Part shown: positions 1 to 13,367 of the stretch, piece after piece | Layout of the letters: each line of letters begins with the position of its first letter | Numbering within the stretch: the first letter of the stretch is position 1 | Origin: the human T2T-CHM13v2.0 reference genome, Homo sapiens | Direction: 5' to 3' (one strand) | Assembly: GCF_009914755.1 (NCBI RefSeq) | Contig: NC_060932.1 | DNA length: 64,000 nucleotides | Notes under the pieces: generated by a model | The model's input: only the letters and a program-made list of their open reading frames with translations | The model's database searches: none | Told to the model about the DNA's origin: nothing | Made by a program: the position numbers and the translations under genes

Positions 1-379
1 ATTTACCCATACATTGTAATATCATCAGACAAGGGAATCTCAAATTATTATCAGGAAATTATCAAGAAATAGCGTATGGGTAGATTTCAATACGAATTCA
101 TCTTCCGCTTAACTAGTTTTTAAAAAGCAAGAACTATAACACAACGCAAAGAGCTAATGCTTGGTAGGCATATAATTATCTGTGGGTTGTTAATTTCACA
201 AGTATGAATATCTGGCGGTTGCACTGTAGCCCAAATGAGAGGGCACAATGAAATCCCCAAGAGCACTGATAAAGCTCATGGGAGGCCCTGGAGCTTTCCA
301 AAGAGAGAGTCTCCATCTTTTTCATGCACTGCCCACAGCTCTCACCTCTTTTAGCTTGTCTCCCTCTTCAAGCCTCAAG

Positions 380-720
380 CGCTGACGTTGCCACAGTTTC
401 ATTAGGTCAGCTTTTTCTCCGACTCCCTCCAGTCCCTCACCCCTCCCAGCTTCCAGCAGCCCAATCACCGTCTATAAATCCCGTCGCTGGCATCCGGGGT
501 CTCTTAGGCAACAATGTGTGGGCTCCTGATTGGCCGCGAGATCCAGGAGGGCTGGCTACAAAATTGGGCACGGGGATAAAATTAACAAGTGTGGCGGCCA
601 AGAGCGTGGGAGGGACTGCAATGTCTCAATATAACCCTAGAATGAAGACGCGTCGAATCCTGAAACAAGTAGCGTTGAAAACCTTCATTCAAGACGTAGT
701 GTGTCCCAAATCAGCCCTAC
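380..720 (-). promoter_or_regulatory. FBXO16: Small CpG-enriched promoter/first-exon region, probably of the divergent neighbour FBXO16
   Basis: Local CpG enrichment; CCAAT 461-465 and ATTGG 529-533; X-box-like GTCTCTTAGGCAAC 499-512; minus-strand donor-like GGG|GTGAGG at ~440. Gene identity comes from recalled synteny (FBXO16 lies head-to-head with FZD3), not from coding sequence. Confidence 0.55.
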
Positions 721-1423
721 CTACGGAGCACGCCCAGTCACATTGTCCTGGTCACTCCGGAGCTGCGAAATGCAGGCTCCACTGTGCCAGGTTTTAAGAG
801 TGGCCAACAGGTAAACAGAGGGTTGGAGGAAAAAGAATTCGAGACTGGTTCAATGAAAGAATAGCACCTGCAACAGGAAGTGGAAGGATGGGGCCAGGAG
901 GAATTGCCCAACACAGAGACACACAAATGCTTCAATGCAAATTTCAATTTATTGGATTATAGAATTCAGGCTGACTGACAGATACACCAGGGAACCAGCA
1001 GATGGCATGCCCTAATAAGAATAACTAAATTTAGGAACTCTTAGAATCCCGTCCAATTCATTAAATTTATTGAGCGCCTGTCTTGTAATACGAAGCAAAA
1101 TGAGAATACAAAGATAAAAAAGAAATCTAAAGAGGAAGACTGGAAGGTGCAATATACAAATATTTAATGGAAGGCTCACACGGGTAACAGCTGTTATAGA
1201 GTTATGAACAAGTGCTGGAGGATACCAAAAAGTTCAAAATTCCGGAACAGAGGTCCTTTGGTCAATGTAAAGCAGGTCTTATAGGCAGCAGTCAACAACA
1301 ACAAAAAGCAAAACAACAGCAAAAAGAGACTTTCCTTACTATCTTTTTTTCTCAAAATAAATAAGAATGCACTCCCCTTCCACTTAAATGTACAAACCCT
1401 GTGTTTCTGTTGTGTTTTACAGG

Positions 1424-1726
1424 TTTTATTTTTATTTTTGGGGGGACGGAGTTTTGCTCTTATTGCCCAGGCTAGAGTGCATTGGTGCGATCTCAGGTTA
1501 CTGCAACCTCCGCCTCTCGGGTTCAAGCAATTCTCCTGCCTCAGCTTCCTGAGTAGCGGGGATTACAAGCATGCGTCACCATGCCCGGCTAATTTTTTTG
1601 TATTTTTAGTAGAGACGGGGTTTCACATGTTGGCCAGGCTGGTTTCGAACTCCTGACCTCAGGTGATCTGCCCGCCTCAGCATCCTGGAGTGCTGGGATT
1701 ACAGGCGTGAGCCACCGTGCCCGACC
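1424..1726 (-). mobile_element. Alu (AluS-like)
   Basis: Poly-T followed by antisense Alu consensus. Confidence 0.93.
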
Positions 1727-2369
1727 TGTTTTATAGTTTTTAAATAGGCAGCATTTGTATATCTCTAGTTTAAAAAGAAAAAAATGAAGCTCATAGAAGT
1801 TGTTGCTTTCCTTGGGTTAAAATGGATCAGTAAGTGGGCAAGCTGAAATTAGAACCTAGGTTGTTTGAATTCCAGCCTAGGGATTTTTTCCACATGACCG
1901 GGTTGTACCTAAATGAATAAACAAAGCCTTGGGGGCAGAGGCGGTGAGGGGGTGGCCTGGAGGAGGTACTTAGATGCAATACTAAATTACCATGCATTAC
2001 CAGTTAGCTTTTATGGTTTCAAAACGGGTTCATCCAGAAAGAGACCAGTTTTAACAATGTTGGGAGTGCTGTGTCTCTCTATGAAGTTCCCGCTCATTAA
2101 AGACTTCGTATTGGTGGTTACAACATGGAATGAAAGAGAGATGGGATCACAGAGAGCATCTCCTTTAGCCCTGTTGGATTTGAATATTTTCATCCCTGAA
2201 AAGAAGGTCTCTTTCTTCTTGCCTCTCAACCAACATCTTCTGGGCCTCCTCTTGTCCTGCACCTCATCATCAGACTACTGTCCTCCCAAAAGAACCTGAG
2301 TCACACCATCCACACTGTCTGTGTTCACAGTGAGCACATAGAGCTCCATGTCTGACACTGCAACATTAC

Positions 2370-2620
2370 TTTTTTTTTTTTAAGAGACAGGGATGGCTTT
2401 GTTGCCCAGGCTGCAGTGTAGTGGCACAACCATAGCTCACTACAGCTTTGAACTCCTGGGCTCAAGCAATCCTCCCAGGCTAATTTTTTAGTTTTTATTT
2501 TTGTAGAGACAGGATCTTGCTATGTCCCCCAGACTGGTCTCCAACTCCTGGCTCAAGTGATCCTCTCTCCTCGGCTTTCCAAAATGCTGGGATTACAGGT
2601 CTGAACCACCTCACTCAGCC
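2370..2620 (-). mobile_element. AluJ-like, internally deleted
   Basis: Antisense Alu lacking part of the right monomer. Confidence 0.85.
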
Positions 2621-3629
2621 CCAAATATTAATTATTTTTAAGAGGGACATTTCAAACATAAAGAAAGATTTGGACACTTTCATAAGAAACACCCTTGATT
2701 CTCCACGAAGATTTTTTTTAAATAGTACATTTGTATGTATTTCACAGATACAGTAGAAGCTTCTTTTGTCTCATTCCCAGGTTTCATCCCCCTCCCTGCC
2801 TGCCTAGAGGCAGTCATTGTCACAAAATTGGTGTGCAGCGTTTCTGTCCATTTTCATGCTTTTATTATATGTACGTTTGCCCTCATAAACATTGTATAGT
2901 ATTGCTAGTTTTTTTTTTCTAAAGAGGCATCATCACTTACATATTTTGTGGTTTTTTTTTTTTTCACTCAATGTTCTTTTTCTGCAATTTAGTCATGCTG
3001 ATACAGTGGCGATCATTTCTACGTCATTCCCACCTCCCGATGTTGAGCTATTATGATGTGTCTCATTCCTGACAGTCTTTACAGGATGGTGTGTAAATTG
3101 AATAAAAATGCACCTCGCAGCACATCTCCAGAGGTTCCCCAGCTACAAGGGATCTGACACACACAGATTTCCCCCACGCTATCTGCCCCCTCACTCACTC
3201 TCCACAGAGGCACCGCTGGCTCCAGAGGATACACTGCCCTGCCTAGAATCAACCTAAGAATCAATATTATTTTAAACATTGTTTACTGCACAAGTATTTA
3301 CTTATTAGAGAAACTGAAACTGTCATTTCAGATCTCATTTATCAGGCCTGTTCACACAGTTCACCTTCTGATGTGAAACTCTAGGTCTAAGTTCAACACT
3401 CGTCAACATTTACTTAACACGTATCAAGCGCCTTTCTAAAAAAAATTGTAAAACACACATAACATAAATGCACCACTGTAAACATTTTTAAGTGTACAAT
3501 TCTAATAGTCCATTCACATCGTTCAATTTCTTTAAGTTCTATGTGCTACCGACAGAACAAAATGATGCCCATGAAATCCAGGTTGACGAGGAACGAAAAA
3601 GAAGAGAAAGAAAAGACAGGTTAAACGGT

Positions 3630-3795
3630 GCAGTGAAAAGAAAGACAGCCCTAGGTTGGGACGAGTCCAGGCCCTGTTGTTAAAACGCTGCATGGCTTTA
3701 GGTAAATCATCTAACCTTTGGGGGCGTTCTTTTCCTCGTCTGAAAAATGAGAGGTTCGGTTTAGATTATCTTTAAGAATTCTTTCAGCTCTAAAG
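3630..3795. mobile_element. MIR fragment
   Basis: MIR core-like TTTCCTCGTCTGAAAAATG. Confidence 0.55.
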
Positions 3796-4376
3796 CAGCT
3801 TATGTAGAAAAGGAGAGGAGAAACATTTCCTAAGGAGCAAAAATTGGGGCGCGCACCAGTAACGACCAGCGCCACCTGTTTCCTAAGGTCTTGGCCAAGA
3901 GGCTATGAACTATCCCGGGCGAGTAGCCTATTCTGTCCGCTACGCTGTTTCGCGTGGAGCTCTGCAGCAGGCCAGAGCTCCTGCACCCCATTCCACCCTC
4001 AGCATCCGGGGATCTGCCTCTTGAGCACCCCAAATCCCCAGGTCCGGAGGTCGGCACCTCTGGTTCTCAGACCAGGTGTAGGTGGTCCTGCAATCACACC
4101 TCCGCGCTGTGTCATCAGGGGACGGAGTGCATTGCGAGGAGGGCCCCGAGTGCATCTCAGATGAGCGCCTCCAGGGCTGGGAACGAGCACGCCGGAGCAA
4201 GGGAGCTCCAGGCGTCACTCAGGGCGAGAGGCAGAGAACAACGAGGCGCGCCGGGCCAGGCCCGCAAGCCCAGGATCCGGCAGGGAGCTTTCGGCCGAGC
4301 GTACTCAGTGCGCCTGCCCCGTGCGTGCGCGCGCGCTCGTGAGCTCGCTCCCCGGGCCGCGCGCCCCGGTGCTCGC

Positions 4377-4508
4377 GAAAGCTCGCTGTCGCTGGGAGGC
4401 GCGCGCCGGCGTTCCTCGGCCGCTCCGGGTACCTGAGGGACGCGCGGCCGCCCGCGGCAGGCGGTGCAGCCCCCCCCCACCCCTTGGAGCCAGGCGCCGG
4501 GGTCTGAG
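4377..4508 (+). other. FZD3: FZD3 exon 1 (non-coding; TSS approximate)
   Basis: Within the CpG island; ends at donor GAG|GTGAGC (GT 4509-4510); no ATG. Confidence 0.75.
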
Positions 4509-4780
4509 GTGAGCCCCGCGAAGCGTGTGGGCCCCTGGGCCGGGGCAGCGGGAGAAGGAGCGGCGAGTGTGGAGCCCGAGGAGGCGCCGCGCGGCTGCCT
4601 GCTGCTCCGCCTCAGCCCGCGCCGAGGAGCCAGCAGCAGCCCGGCGCCTCCTCCTCAGGGATCGTTCCTCTCGTCGCGGCCACAACAAAAGCCTTGGGCG
4701 CCGGGCTGTGGCGGGCTGCGGAGCGGGGGCCCGGGCCCGCGGTGGCGGCTGGGGGCCTCGGGGACGCCTAGTTTGAGGCT

Positions 4781-4809
4781 GGGGGCTGAGGGCTGAGGGC
4801 TAAGGGGGG
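4781..4809 (+). other. Canonical G-quadruplex motif in intron 1
   Basis: GGGGG-CTGA-GGG-CTGA-GGG-CTAA-GGGGGG. Confidence 0.65.
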
Positions 4810-7800
4810 AGCTGCCCCGGGAGACTGTTAACCCTGTCCGCCCTGAGCCCGCGGCTCGGCAACCTGTGCGAGTGTGGACCGCGGTTCGCCCGCCTCTACC
4901 CCGGCTCAGACCCTGCGCGGCGGGGAGAGGGGCCCGGCCGGAGCCGGCGGCAGCGCGGGGTGCCGGGGGCCGTAGGCGGAAGACAATGCTCCGGGGGCTC
5001 CCGGCCGCCCGAAGCGCGCGCCGCCAGGCTCCCGGCCCCGGCTCGGGTCAGCTTCGGGCCCACCTTTGCCTGCCCACGCCTGAAAGTTTCCCCTCCCGTC
5101 CATCAGTTTGCAAAGTCCTTGCTCCCTTCCGCGAGCTTCCCCCGGCTGCCTCCTCCGCGGGCTGTGGGTTTGCCGTGGGGTGGCTGCTGCTGGATCCCCG
5201 AGGGTCCGCATCTGAAATGAAGCTGCTGTGAAATAGCCAGCAAGGTGAAGGAGCCTTGTGTCCTTTCAAGACATGTAAACATCTTCCTAGCGGTGTTTTA
5301 CATCTTAGGAGTCTTGAGTTCGATCCCTCTGTTGTAAGAGAAGCCAAGGGTGCTTTTCTTGGCTTTGTTTTTAAGAACAAAAGCACGTGCCATGAATTGA
5401 GGCAGAGGAGTAGATTTCAGATTTAGAGAGACTGGCTCCATGAAGGAGGTCCGGCGGTTTGCCCAGTGTAGAATGACTCTTTGAATTTTGGTTCCCGTCT
5501 GGGTTGAGGGAGATGCAGCAGCAGCACAGCAGAGTAGCCGCATCAGTGACTGTTACGGGGAAGTGTTTAGATACAGCCTCATCTTAGAGAAGTAGTTCTG
5601 ATCGGGAATGCTTATTGATGGGAATTGAGTTACTTTGTAAAGCCAATATGATATGAGCAAGGAAACAAAGACCTGACTACCCCTGGGGATGTTACCTCCT
5701 TCCCTCACCCTCCTTTAGTCCTTGGTGGTGTGCTGGTGCCATTCCTGCATTTTAGTCTGGAAAAAGAATAGAAGTCCTTAGTTCTATTATTAAGAAGTGG
5801 TTACTCCTGAAGATGATGCTTTCCGTCTTTACTTTTAAACAAATCAATACTATCTTTTTCCTCCAGAAAAAAGGACAAAAACCCACAAAGATAAAAAAAA
5901 TTCAGAGTCGGAGAGCCTAGGAAAGAGGTGTAAGAGCTTGACTGGGTGGGGCTGGAAGGATAAAAGAGCTGAAGATAAAATATAACTAAGATGCAGCCTT
6001 TCTTCTACCATACCCCCCCACCCCATTGTTTGAAACTATTAGGAAAATAAGTAAATTACTGGTAAAGCCTATCATTCTACCCTCTCTTTCCTCCTACCCC
6101 TTTTCCCTCATCCACTACTAAAATTCTCTATCTCCATCTCTCCTAAATCGTCCCATTTATAAAAGGAGAAGGACAATGAGCTGTTTCCTCATCCTAGCTG
6201 CTCTATGCTTCTGAGCTTTATTTTGTGCTTTGAGCATTTAGGTGGCTATTTCTTGGGAGTTCCGTGATTGAGATATTTGAAGTAGAGAGGGCTAGGGGAA
6301 TTTAATAGCAAAGTGCACATTCTTTCTTTGTATAGAACAAAGTGAAAGCTTTATCACTGGGGAAGGAGAGAGGAGTTTTTCGCTCACAATAAGTTATCTG
6401 TTTCCCAGGAAACAGACTTAAATTTCATGTTAGTTTGATAGTGAAACTCTAAGATTTTATAGTCAAAACTTTTTCTGAGCATGTGAGTTTGTTGATGTTA
6501 AGCTGCTGTTGACTTTCTTTTCCTTCAGAGACAGATAGTAGGAAACAATTCTTACCACTTCTTTGAGCGGTTTTGGCCTCAAGTTTTGTTTTTGTTTTTG
6601 TTCTTTTTGGTTTTTTTTGTTTTCCTATCCCCAGAACTCTAGAATTATGCATGATTAAAACTGCAGCTGTGCGCAAAAATAAAAAGAATGATTTTAAAAA
6701 TATGTACTGGATAAATTATTCAGTATAGATTGGAGGAAAATGTGTGGTAGAGTCTCGAGGAAAGACATTAGATTTTCAGTAGTGATATTTCTATAATGTT
6801 AGGAACAAATGAAGTGTAACAGCTTCTTACTGGCTAGGAAAGAGTTTTACCTACTATGTCAAAAAATGAGTTTCCTCTTTTTGCTTTCCAATTCGTCATG
6901 TTGGGAACTATTGACAGTTTGGTATATTCAAGGAGTGTATTGCACGTGAAGTTTGAGATGAATGTAACTAGGCTATTGGGCCTGAAAACCAAATCCTGGT
7001 CCCCAGATTTTATCTCATTAAAATAATTCTGTAGTCAAAGCATGCAAACCTTACAAACTTGTTAAGAGGGGTGGAAAGCAGGGGCTTGGTATTAGAGAAT
7101 TTTTTTGATAGCAGATTTAAGAGAAGCTGGGCTGAAATTTCAGCCCATTTTAAAGTCCAGAATCTATCTGTCTCTTAACTTTCCAGTTTTATTTTCAGGT
7201 TAATTTTTAAAGATCTTCTGTCTTCTTTAGTCTTAGTAATTAATAATTTCTAAATTGAACTGAATTTTGATGCCTACCATTCGTTTAAATTTTGAACCTA
7301 GATGGATTTACTTTTCCTCTGTGTGTGTGTTTTAAGCCTTAATCACTTAACACATTGGAAGATTAAGTTATTTGTTGTAATCAGTAGATGATGACAAATG
7401 GACTTTAAACATTAGATGAAGCAGGAAAGTTCAGAAAAGAGATACTCTGAGATTAATAGGAATCTAGGTCCTGTGAATTAAATATGAAGCTATATAAACT
7501 TTCTTGTAGCAACCAGTAGGCAAAGGGCCAAAGACTATATAGACTTTAAGAGAAGGAAAGTAACATTTGAGCAATGAGTGTACACTGAGTGTATATTTTG
7601 TCTAACAAGACAATAATTTCCTTAAGAAGCTCTTATTTAGAGATAGTTATTGCTAATCCTTGCAATGCGTTCTTGAAAACGTGTCTGAAAAAAGACAAAG
7701 AATATCCCTCCTGTTCGCTCTGTAGGCACTGTGTAACCAGCATTTACTTTGAAACAACCTTTAGATGATCTTTCTCAATTGGAAATGCAAAATGTTACCT

Positions 7801-8734
7801 GCATTTATCAGGTGTCAAGAAAATGAAATCTCAACAGAATGATGGAATGGAGCCCTTTCTGTAGAGAAAGTGTGAATTGGAATAGAGTTGCTGAACATAA
7901 TCTTTTGTTGCAGAACCCCTTTGACAAGCCCTTAGGGCCCTCTTTTCTCATCATCCTTTCTTCTGGGATTCAGCCTGCTTTCCTCTTCACAGTTGCCACC
8001 TCCTGCGTTTCCCACCGAGTTCTTTGGGTCTGATTTTGCAGGCAGCCCGGGAAGACAGTCTTCCAAGATTGGAATCCCTTCCCTTTATTGCTGTCTTTCA
8101 GGACAAATACTTAGTTGATTTTATTTTAAAGACTTTTACTTTTTGTCATCAAAAGAAACCTGATAAATAATGGTTGGAAATATAAAATTCCTGATGTTAT
8201 ACATTCATAAAAATAGAAATGGGTAAGCTTTAAAGTATCTAGTCCTTTTTGTTTTCTGATGGAATGTTAACCAAGTAACTTAGTCCGAAATCAGCTTTCC
8301 AGATATTCTGTATTGCTCTATGGAGAAGTGAATGTGTCTCTTTTCCCATACAAAGGGCGTGAGCAACTGTTGCATAGCATTCACTTTTTGCAGGGCCCTG
8401 GCCCCTGAAGCTGCTCACTCCGATTATGTTAATCTAATAGGTCCCCCCCCTTTTTTTTTCCAGTTGATATACTACAGTTTCTTATAATAAAAAAAAAATC
8501 AGTAAGAACGCCCCAAATGACTGTTAACTTTTATTTAATGACTTGCTACATTTTGATAGGATCTCTTTGGGTCCAGAATCTTTGCTATGTCCTGCAAGTC
8601 TGGAACTTCAACTTACAGCTTTTCCATGGATGACCTTACCTTAGGAAAAATGGCATACTCACATAATTGTGATTAGAAGCAGATAATTCATTATGTTATT
8701 GAAGACATATTATTTGGAATGTTTATCAAAAGTT

Positions 8735-9030
8735 TTTATTTTTTTATTTTATTTAATTTTTTTGAGACAGTCTCACTCTGTCACCCAGGCTGGATGCAGT
8801 AGTACAGTCTCCACTCACCGCAACCTCCACCTCTCATGTTGAAGCAATTCTCAAGCCCCTCCTGAATAGCTGGGCCTACAGGCGCATGCCAGCTAATTTT
8901 TGTATTTTTAGTAGAGATGGGTTTTTGCCGTGTTGGCCAGGCTGGTCTCAAACTCCTGGCCTCAAATGATCTGCATGCCTTCGTCTCCCAAAATGCTTGG
9001 ATTACAGGCGTGAGCCACTGTGCCCAGCCA
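8735..9030 (-). mobile_element. Alu
   Basis: Antisense Alu; flanking GGAATGTTTATCAAAAGTTTTT direct repeats (TSD). Confidence 0.93.
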
Positions 9031-9399
9031 GGAATGTTTATCAAAAGTTTTTAAATTGTGCATACCATTTGATTCAGTTGATTGGTTATCTGATTTTTTT
9101 AGTATTGAAAATCAGATTTTGACTCTTACTAAATTGATCATCACTGATTTGCTTTTCTTACTAGGTACAGTAGAGCAGTAGTGTATTCCTTGGCTTGTTG
9201 CTTAATTAGTAGTCAATAAACCAGTCATTTCACTAGTATTTTTTCTTGTCAGCCAGTCAGCACATATTTACAGATTTAGCAGAGTTAATTACTTCATACA
9301 CAAAATAATGTACTATAGGTTCTTTCATAAAATTCCATAAAGCATTTAATATTTTATTTTTAAACAATCGAAATAGTTTTACTGTGTTACATGTACATA

Positions 9400-10010
9400 T
9401 ATATTTTCTGACAAAATGAGAGATATATACATATACTGTTTTGTAAACTGCCTTTAAATTTTATTTTTTATTTATTGTTACTATCTTACTGTATCCACAA
9501 ATACAGGTTTATGCTCATCATTTTTAGTAACTATATAATATTCCATCATGTGGTTATACCATAATTTATTTAACCAATTTCTTATTGGTAGACTTTTCAG
9601 TTGTTACCAGCTTTTAGGGTTTTTTTTGTTATAAACAGTGTTACACTAATATTTTGGTTGTGCATCATGTGTACTTACGTGTTTACTTAGAATAATAAGA
9701 TTTGCTGGATGAAATTGTGTACATTTTAAGGGCTTTTGATATAAGTAGCCACTTTTTTTTTTAAGTACCAACTAGTTTACTAATAACATTTGAAAATGTT
9801 GAAATATTGAAGGTGTTCTTTACCCTGTACTCCCACCCTATACTGTGTTCTATCATTATTGTTTTTTCCTATCTGGTTGGCAAAAAATCTTATCTCACAT
9901 TTGCATTTTTTATTATTAGTGAAGTTGAATATCTTTTCATATGTTTCTTGGCTGTTTGTATTTCTTTTGTAAATTTATGTCCTTTGCTTATTTTTCTATT
10001 AAAATGTTAT
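9400..10010 (-). mobile_element. Old L1M 3' fragment
   Basis: L1M-like motifs (ATATTCCATCATGTGG..ACCATAATTTATTTAACC; GAAGTTGAATATCTTTTCATATGTTT). Confidence 0.65.
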
Positions 10011-10097
10011 CCCCTATCTGCTTTTATTTTTAAAATTCATTTACTGTATATAATTACATAAACAATACCTTTATTCTTTTTAATTATTCTGTTCTAG

Positions 10098-10143
10098 GAT
10101 AGCATTTCTCAAGACCTGACTTATGGAGCACTTGTAACCTGAG
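10098..10143 (+). other. FZD3: FZD3 exon 2 (46-nt 5'UTR exon)
   Basis: Pyrimidine tract + TTCTAG| acceptor, GAG|GTAATC donor; matches recalled FZD3 mRNA 5'UTR. Confidence 0.8.
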
Positions 10144-10920
10144 GTAATCATTAGAATGCATATCATTCTCCAGGATTCAGATTTCCAGGGGAATCCATGA
10201 ATCTGCTACACTTTACGATTAGAGAACTGCTGTTTTGGGGGAAATGAAAATTCTTTAACACCTATACTTTACCTGTTTTCTTCATGTCTCACTGAATTCC
10301 ACTGCTGTTTTTTCCCTTCTTTTAATAATCATAAACTGCAGTCTTGCTGTATCAAGATTCTTGTCCTTTCACAGCTTAACAGTAGATTTTACAAAAGCAT
10401 CTTGGTACATGGTAATTTGAATGTCATAGTACATAAGGAAGCACTTTTATAAGAAGGTAGGATGCTTTACTTGCAAGTAAGGCAAAAGGAATAATCAAAA
10501 GGAAACCAGGTAAAATAGATGGAGTAGGCAGAAGTATAGGGGGACATTTCAGCTAGTTTTAAAGGCTCAGTGAGATATTGCTCAGTTTCTTCTTCAGGTT
10601 TTATGTGGTAGTCTTCTTTGAACCATTGATTTGAAACCCATACCTGCTTGAAAAATAGATTAGTTTAAATGAAATTTTTGAAATTCTTGTTGTTACTATA
10701 TGCGTATTCAACAGGGAGTAATGTTCCCTTTAATTTTATTTAGTTGCAAGCAGATGAATATGCTGCATAAGTAATAAACTACAAAGACTGAACTTACATG
10801 GATGTTTTAATACTACAATCAAATAAAACTTTCAACAGTTACTTGACATATTTAGTGATATGCATAATTGTTACTGCGCTGCATGGTAATTAAGATAAAT
10901 ATGTTTTTAACTGTGGTTAA

Positions 10921-11225
<305 letters not shown>

Positions 11226-12834
11226 AGTATCTGTTTTCTATAGGCAGATCTCAACATTTGTGGGGAGAAAAAGAAATATGGCAGGCCAAGAATCTGTTTC
11301 AGAAATTTCTGATGTAGAACATGAGGCGCTTTAGGGCTTTTTGAGCAGGGTTTGCTTTTACCTTAGTTTCCTAATTCTAGGGACCATAGACTTTTCTTTT
11401 CCCTTCTGTTAGTCAAGACCATCTACTAGAGGGAGAAATTGGGAAGATTCAGTCACTGTTTTACTTTCTCCAAATAGTTATCTGCCTAGTAACTGAAGCT
11501 TGGGACATGGAGTTCCCAGTCATTGATAGTTAATGCACAGAGGACAGTTTCTTTCCCCACTTAAGCCAAAGCAGTTCCAGGTCCCACAATCTAAGTTATC
11601 ATAGGTGCTAGTATTTAAGTTGTCCTATTAGTCTGGGTCTTTGAGAATTTCTGAACCTGAATTTCTCTTTTCCTAACCTAGGCTCTCCACAACAAACATA
11701 AGACTATCCAATGCATATGAAACAAATTGAAATAAAAGCAAAGTTAACATCGTTACTAAACCAAATCAAAATGTGATAGCTTAGAATATACTTTTTTCAT
11801 ACCAGACCTGCCTTCCACTCCACCCACACCCTCTCAGCTGAAATTGAGAATCACACATATTTTTGCCCCTGGAAAAGTACATACAAGTCAGAAATTCTAA
11901 AGCTCTGTGGAAACAATAACTGGGAATTATTCTTATTTTTCCTGTGACTTTTTAGGGATGATTTCTATTCTCTGTGCAGCATGGCTGTGTGTAATGACCG
12001 TTCGTTGATGAAATATTTCTTAGTGCTACATCTGTGTTATTAAATTTTTGTACTGTCTAAAAAATAATATAATATTGTGAAGATTTCCTAATATTTTAGA
12101 ACCTTCTATATGTCAGTTCAGTATTGGTTGATAGAGGTAGCATTTGTATAAACTAATTCAATGATTAAAATGTCTAACGCTTCATACTGCTTTACCATTT
12201 ATAAAGTACTTTTGCATACATTATCTTATGATTCACTCATATCATCCCTGTGAGCTAGGTGGTATTGGAATCATTTTCAAGAAGAAAAATTCTAGGTACA
12301 TAGAAGTTAAGTGGTATGTTTATATTCACACAGCTAGCAAGAGGCTTGAATCTGTATCTTTTGACTTACTTTTCAGACCACTTTCACAGATGCCTTCTGC
12401 TACATCAGTTAATACAAAAATATACTATTAAAGATTAAAACACATGCAATTTTAGTTCAATAATTTAGGTTATAAGCGTAATATTTATTATTTAAATAAA
12501 ATTTAGGACAATAGCATAATAATTTTTCAAAATGAATCAATTATATATTGTGACGGATGAAAAACTGCCATTATACATGAGAAGTTGAACCATGTGTTAT
12601 ATAAGCAACTGAGGGATGAAATTAAATTTGCATTTAAATGCTGTTTAAGGATCATTTTAGTGTAGCTATAGCATAAATGATAAAGTAGAAAAATGATATC
12701 TTTATAAAGTACCCACATATTGTTAACTATTAGGTCAGTATAATATCTCTCATCAAAGATTTTTAATGTCAAGTCCATAATACTTTGAGAGGAAATGACT
12801 AATTTCTCCCATTTTTTAAAATAATACTTTTCAG

Positions 12835-13178
12835 ATATTTCAGTTGAAGGAAGAAATAGCTCTTCTCCTAAGATGGAATCTGTGGTTTGGGAATGTGGTT
12901 GATCAACTTGATATGTTGGCCAAATGTGCCCCATGTAATAAAATGAAAAGAAGAGACAAGATGATGTCATTTTCCCATATTGTGAAACCAAAAACAAACG
13001 CCTTTTGTGAGACCAAGCTAACAAACCTCTGACGGTGCGAAGAGTATTTAACTGTTTGAAGAATTTAACAGTAAGATACAGAAGAAGTACCTTCGAGCTG
13101 AGACCTGCAGGTGTATAAATATCTAAAATACATATTGAATAGGCCTGATCATCTGAATCTCCTTCAGACCCAGGAAGG
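12835..13178 (+). other. FZD3: FZD3 exon 3, 5'UTR portion (344 nt)
   Basis: TACTTTTCAG| acceptor at 12834; continuous to start codon at 13179. Confidence 0.82.
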
Positions 13179-13367
13179 ATGGCTATGACTTGGATTGTCT
13201 TCTCTCTTTGGCCCTTGACTGTGTTCATGGGGCATATAGGTGGGCACAGTTTGTTTTCTTGTGAACCTATTACCTTGAGGATGTGCCAAGATTTGCCTTA
13301 TAATACTACCTTCATGCCTAATCTTCTGAATCATTATGACCAACAGACAGCAGCTTTGGCAATGGAG
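13179..13367 (+). CDS. FZD3: Frizzled-3 coding exon (aa 1-63): signal peptide and start of CRD
   Basis: MAMTWIVFSLWPLTVFMGHIGGHSLFSCEPITLRMCQDLPYNTTFMPNLLNHYDQQTAALAME; Kozak AGGATGG; donor GAG|GTAAGA; 189 nt, phase 0. Confidence 0.97.

Larger units (their letters stand above)
3840..5230. promoter_or_regulatory. FZD3: CpG island / FZD3 promoter
   Basis: Very high GC and CpG density, GC-box-like and GCGCGC runs, overlaps the first exon and its donor. Confidence 0.92.

Noticed and set aside
324-797. 157-aa + strand ORF
   Set aside because: No recognisable domain; overlaps the probable minus-strand promoter region.
3864-3882. CTCF-like CAGCGCCACCTG
   Set aside because: Only a partial match to the core motif; cannot be supported without ChIP data.
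3830-5390. Many overlapping 60-160 aa ORFs on both strands
   Set aside because: Expected in a GC-rich CpG island (few stop codons); Arg/Pro/Gly/Ala-rich with no domain.
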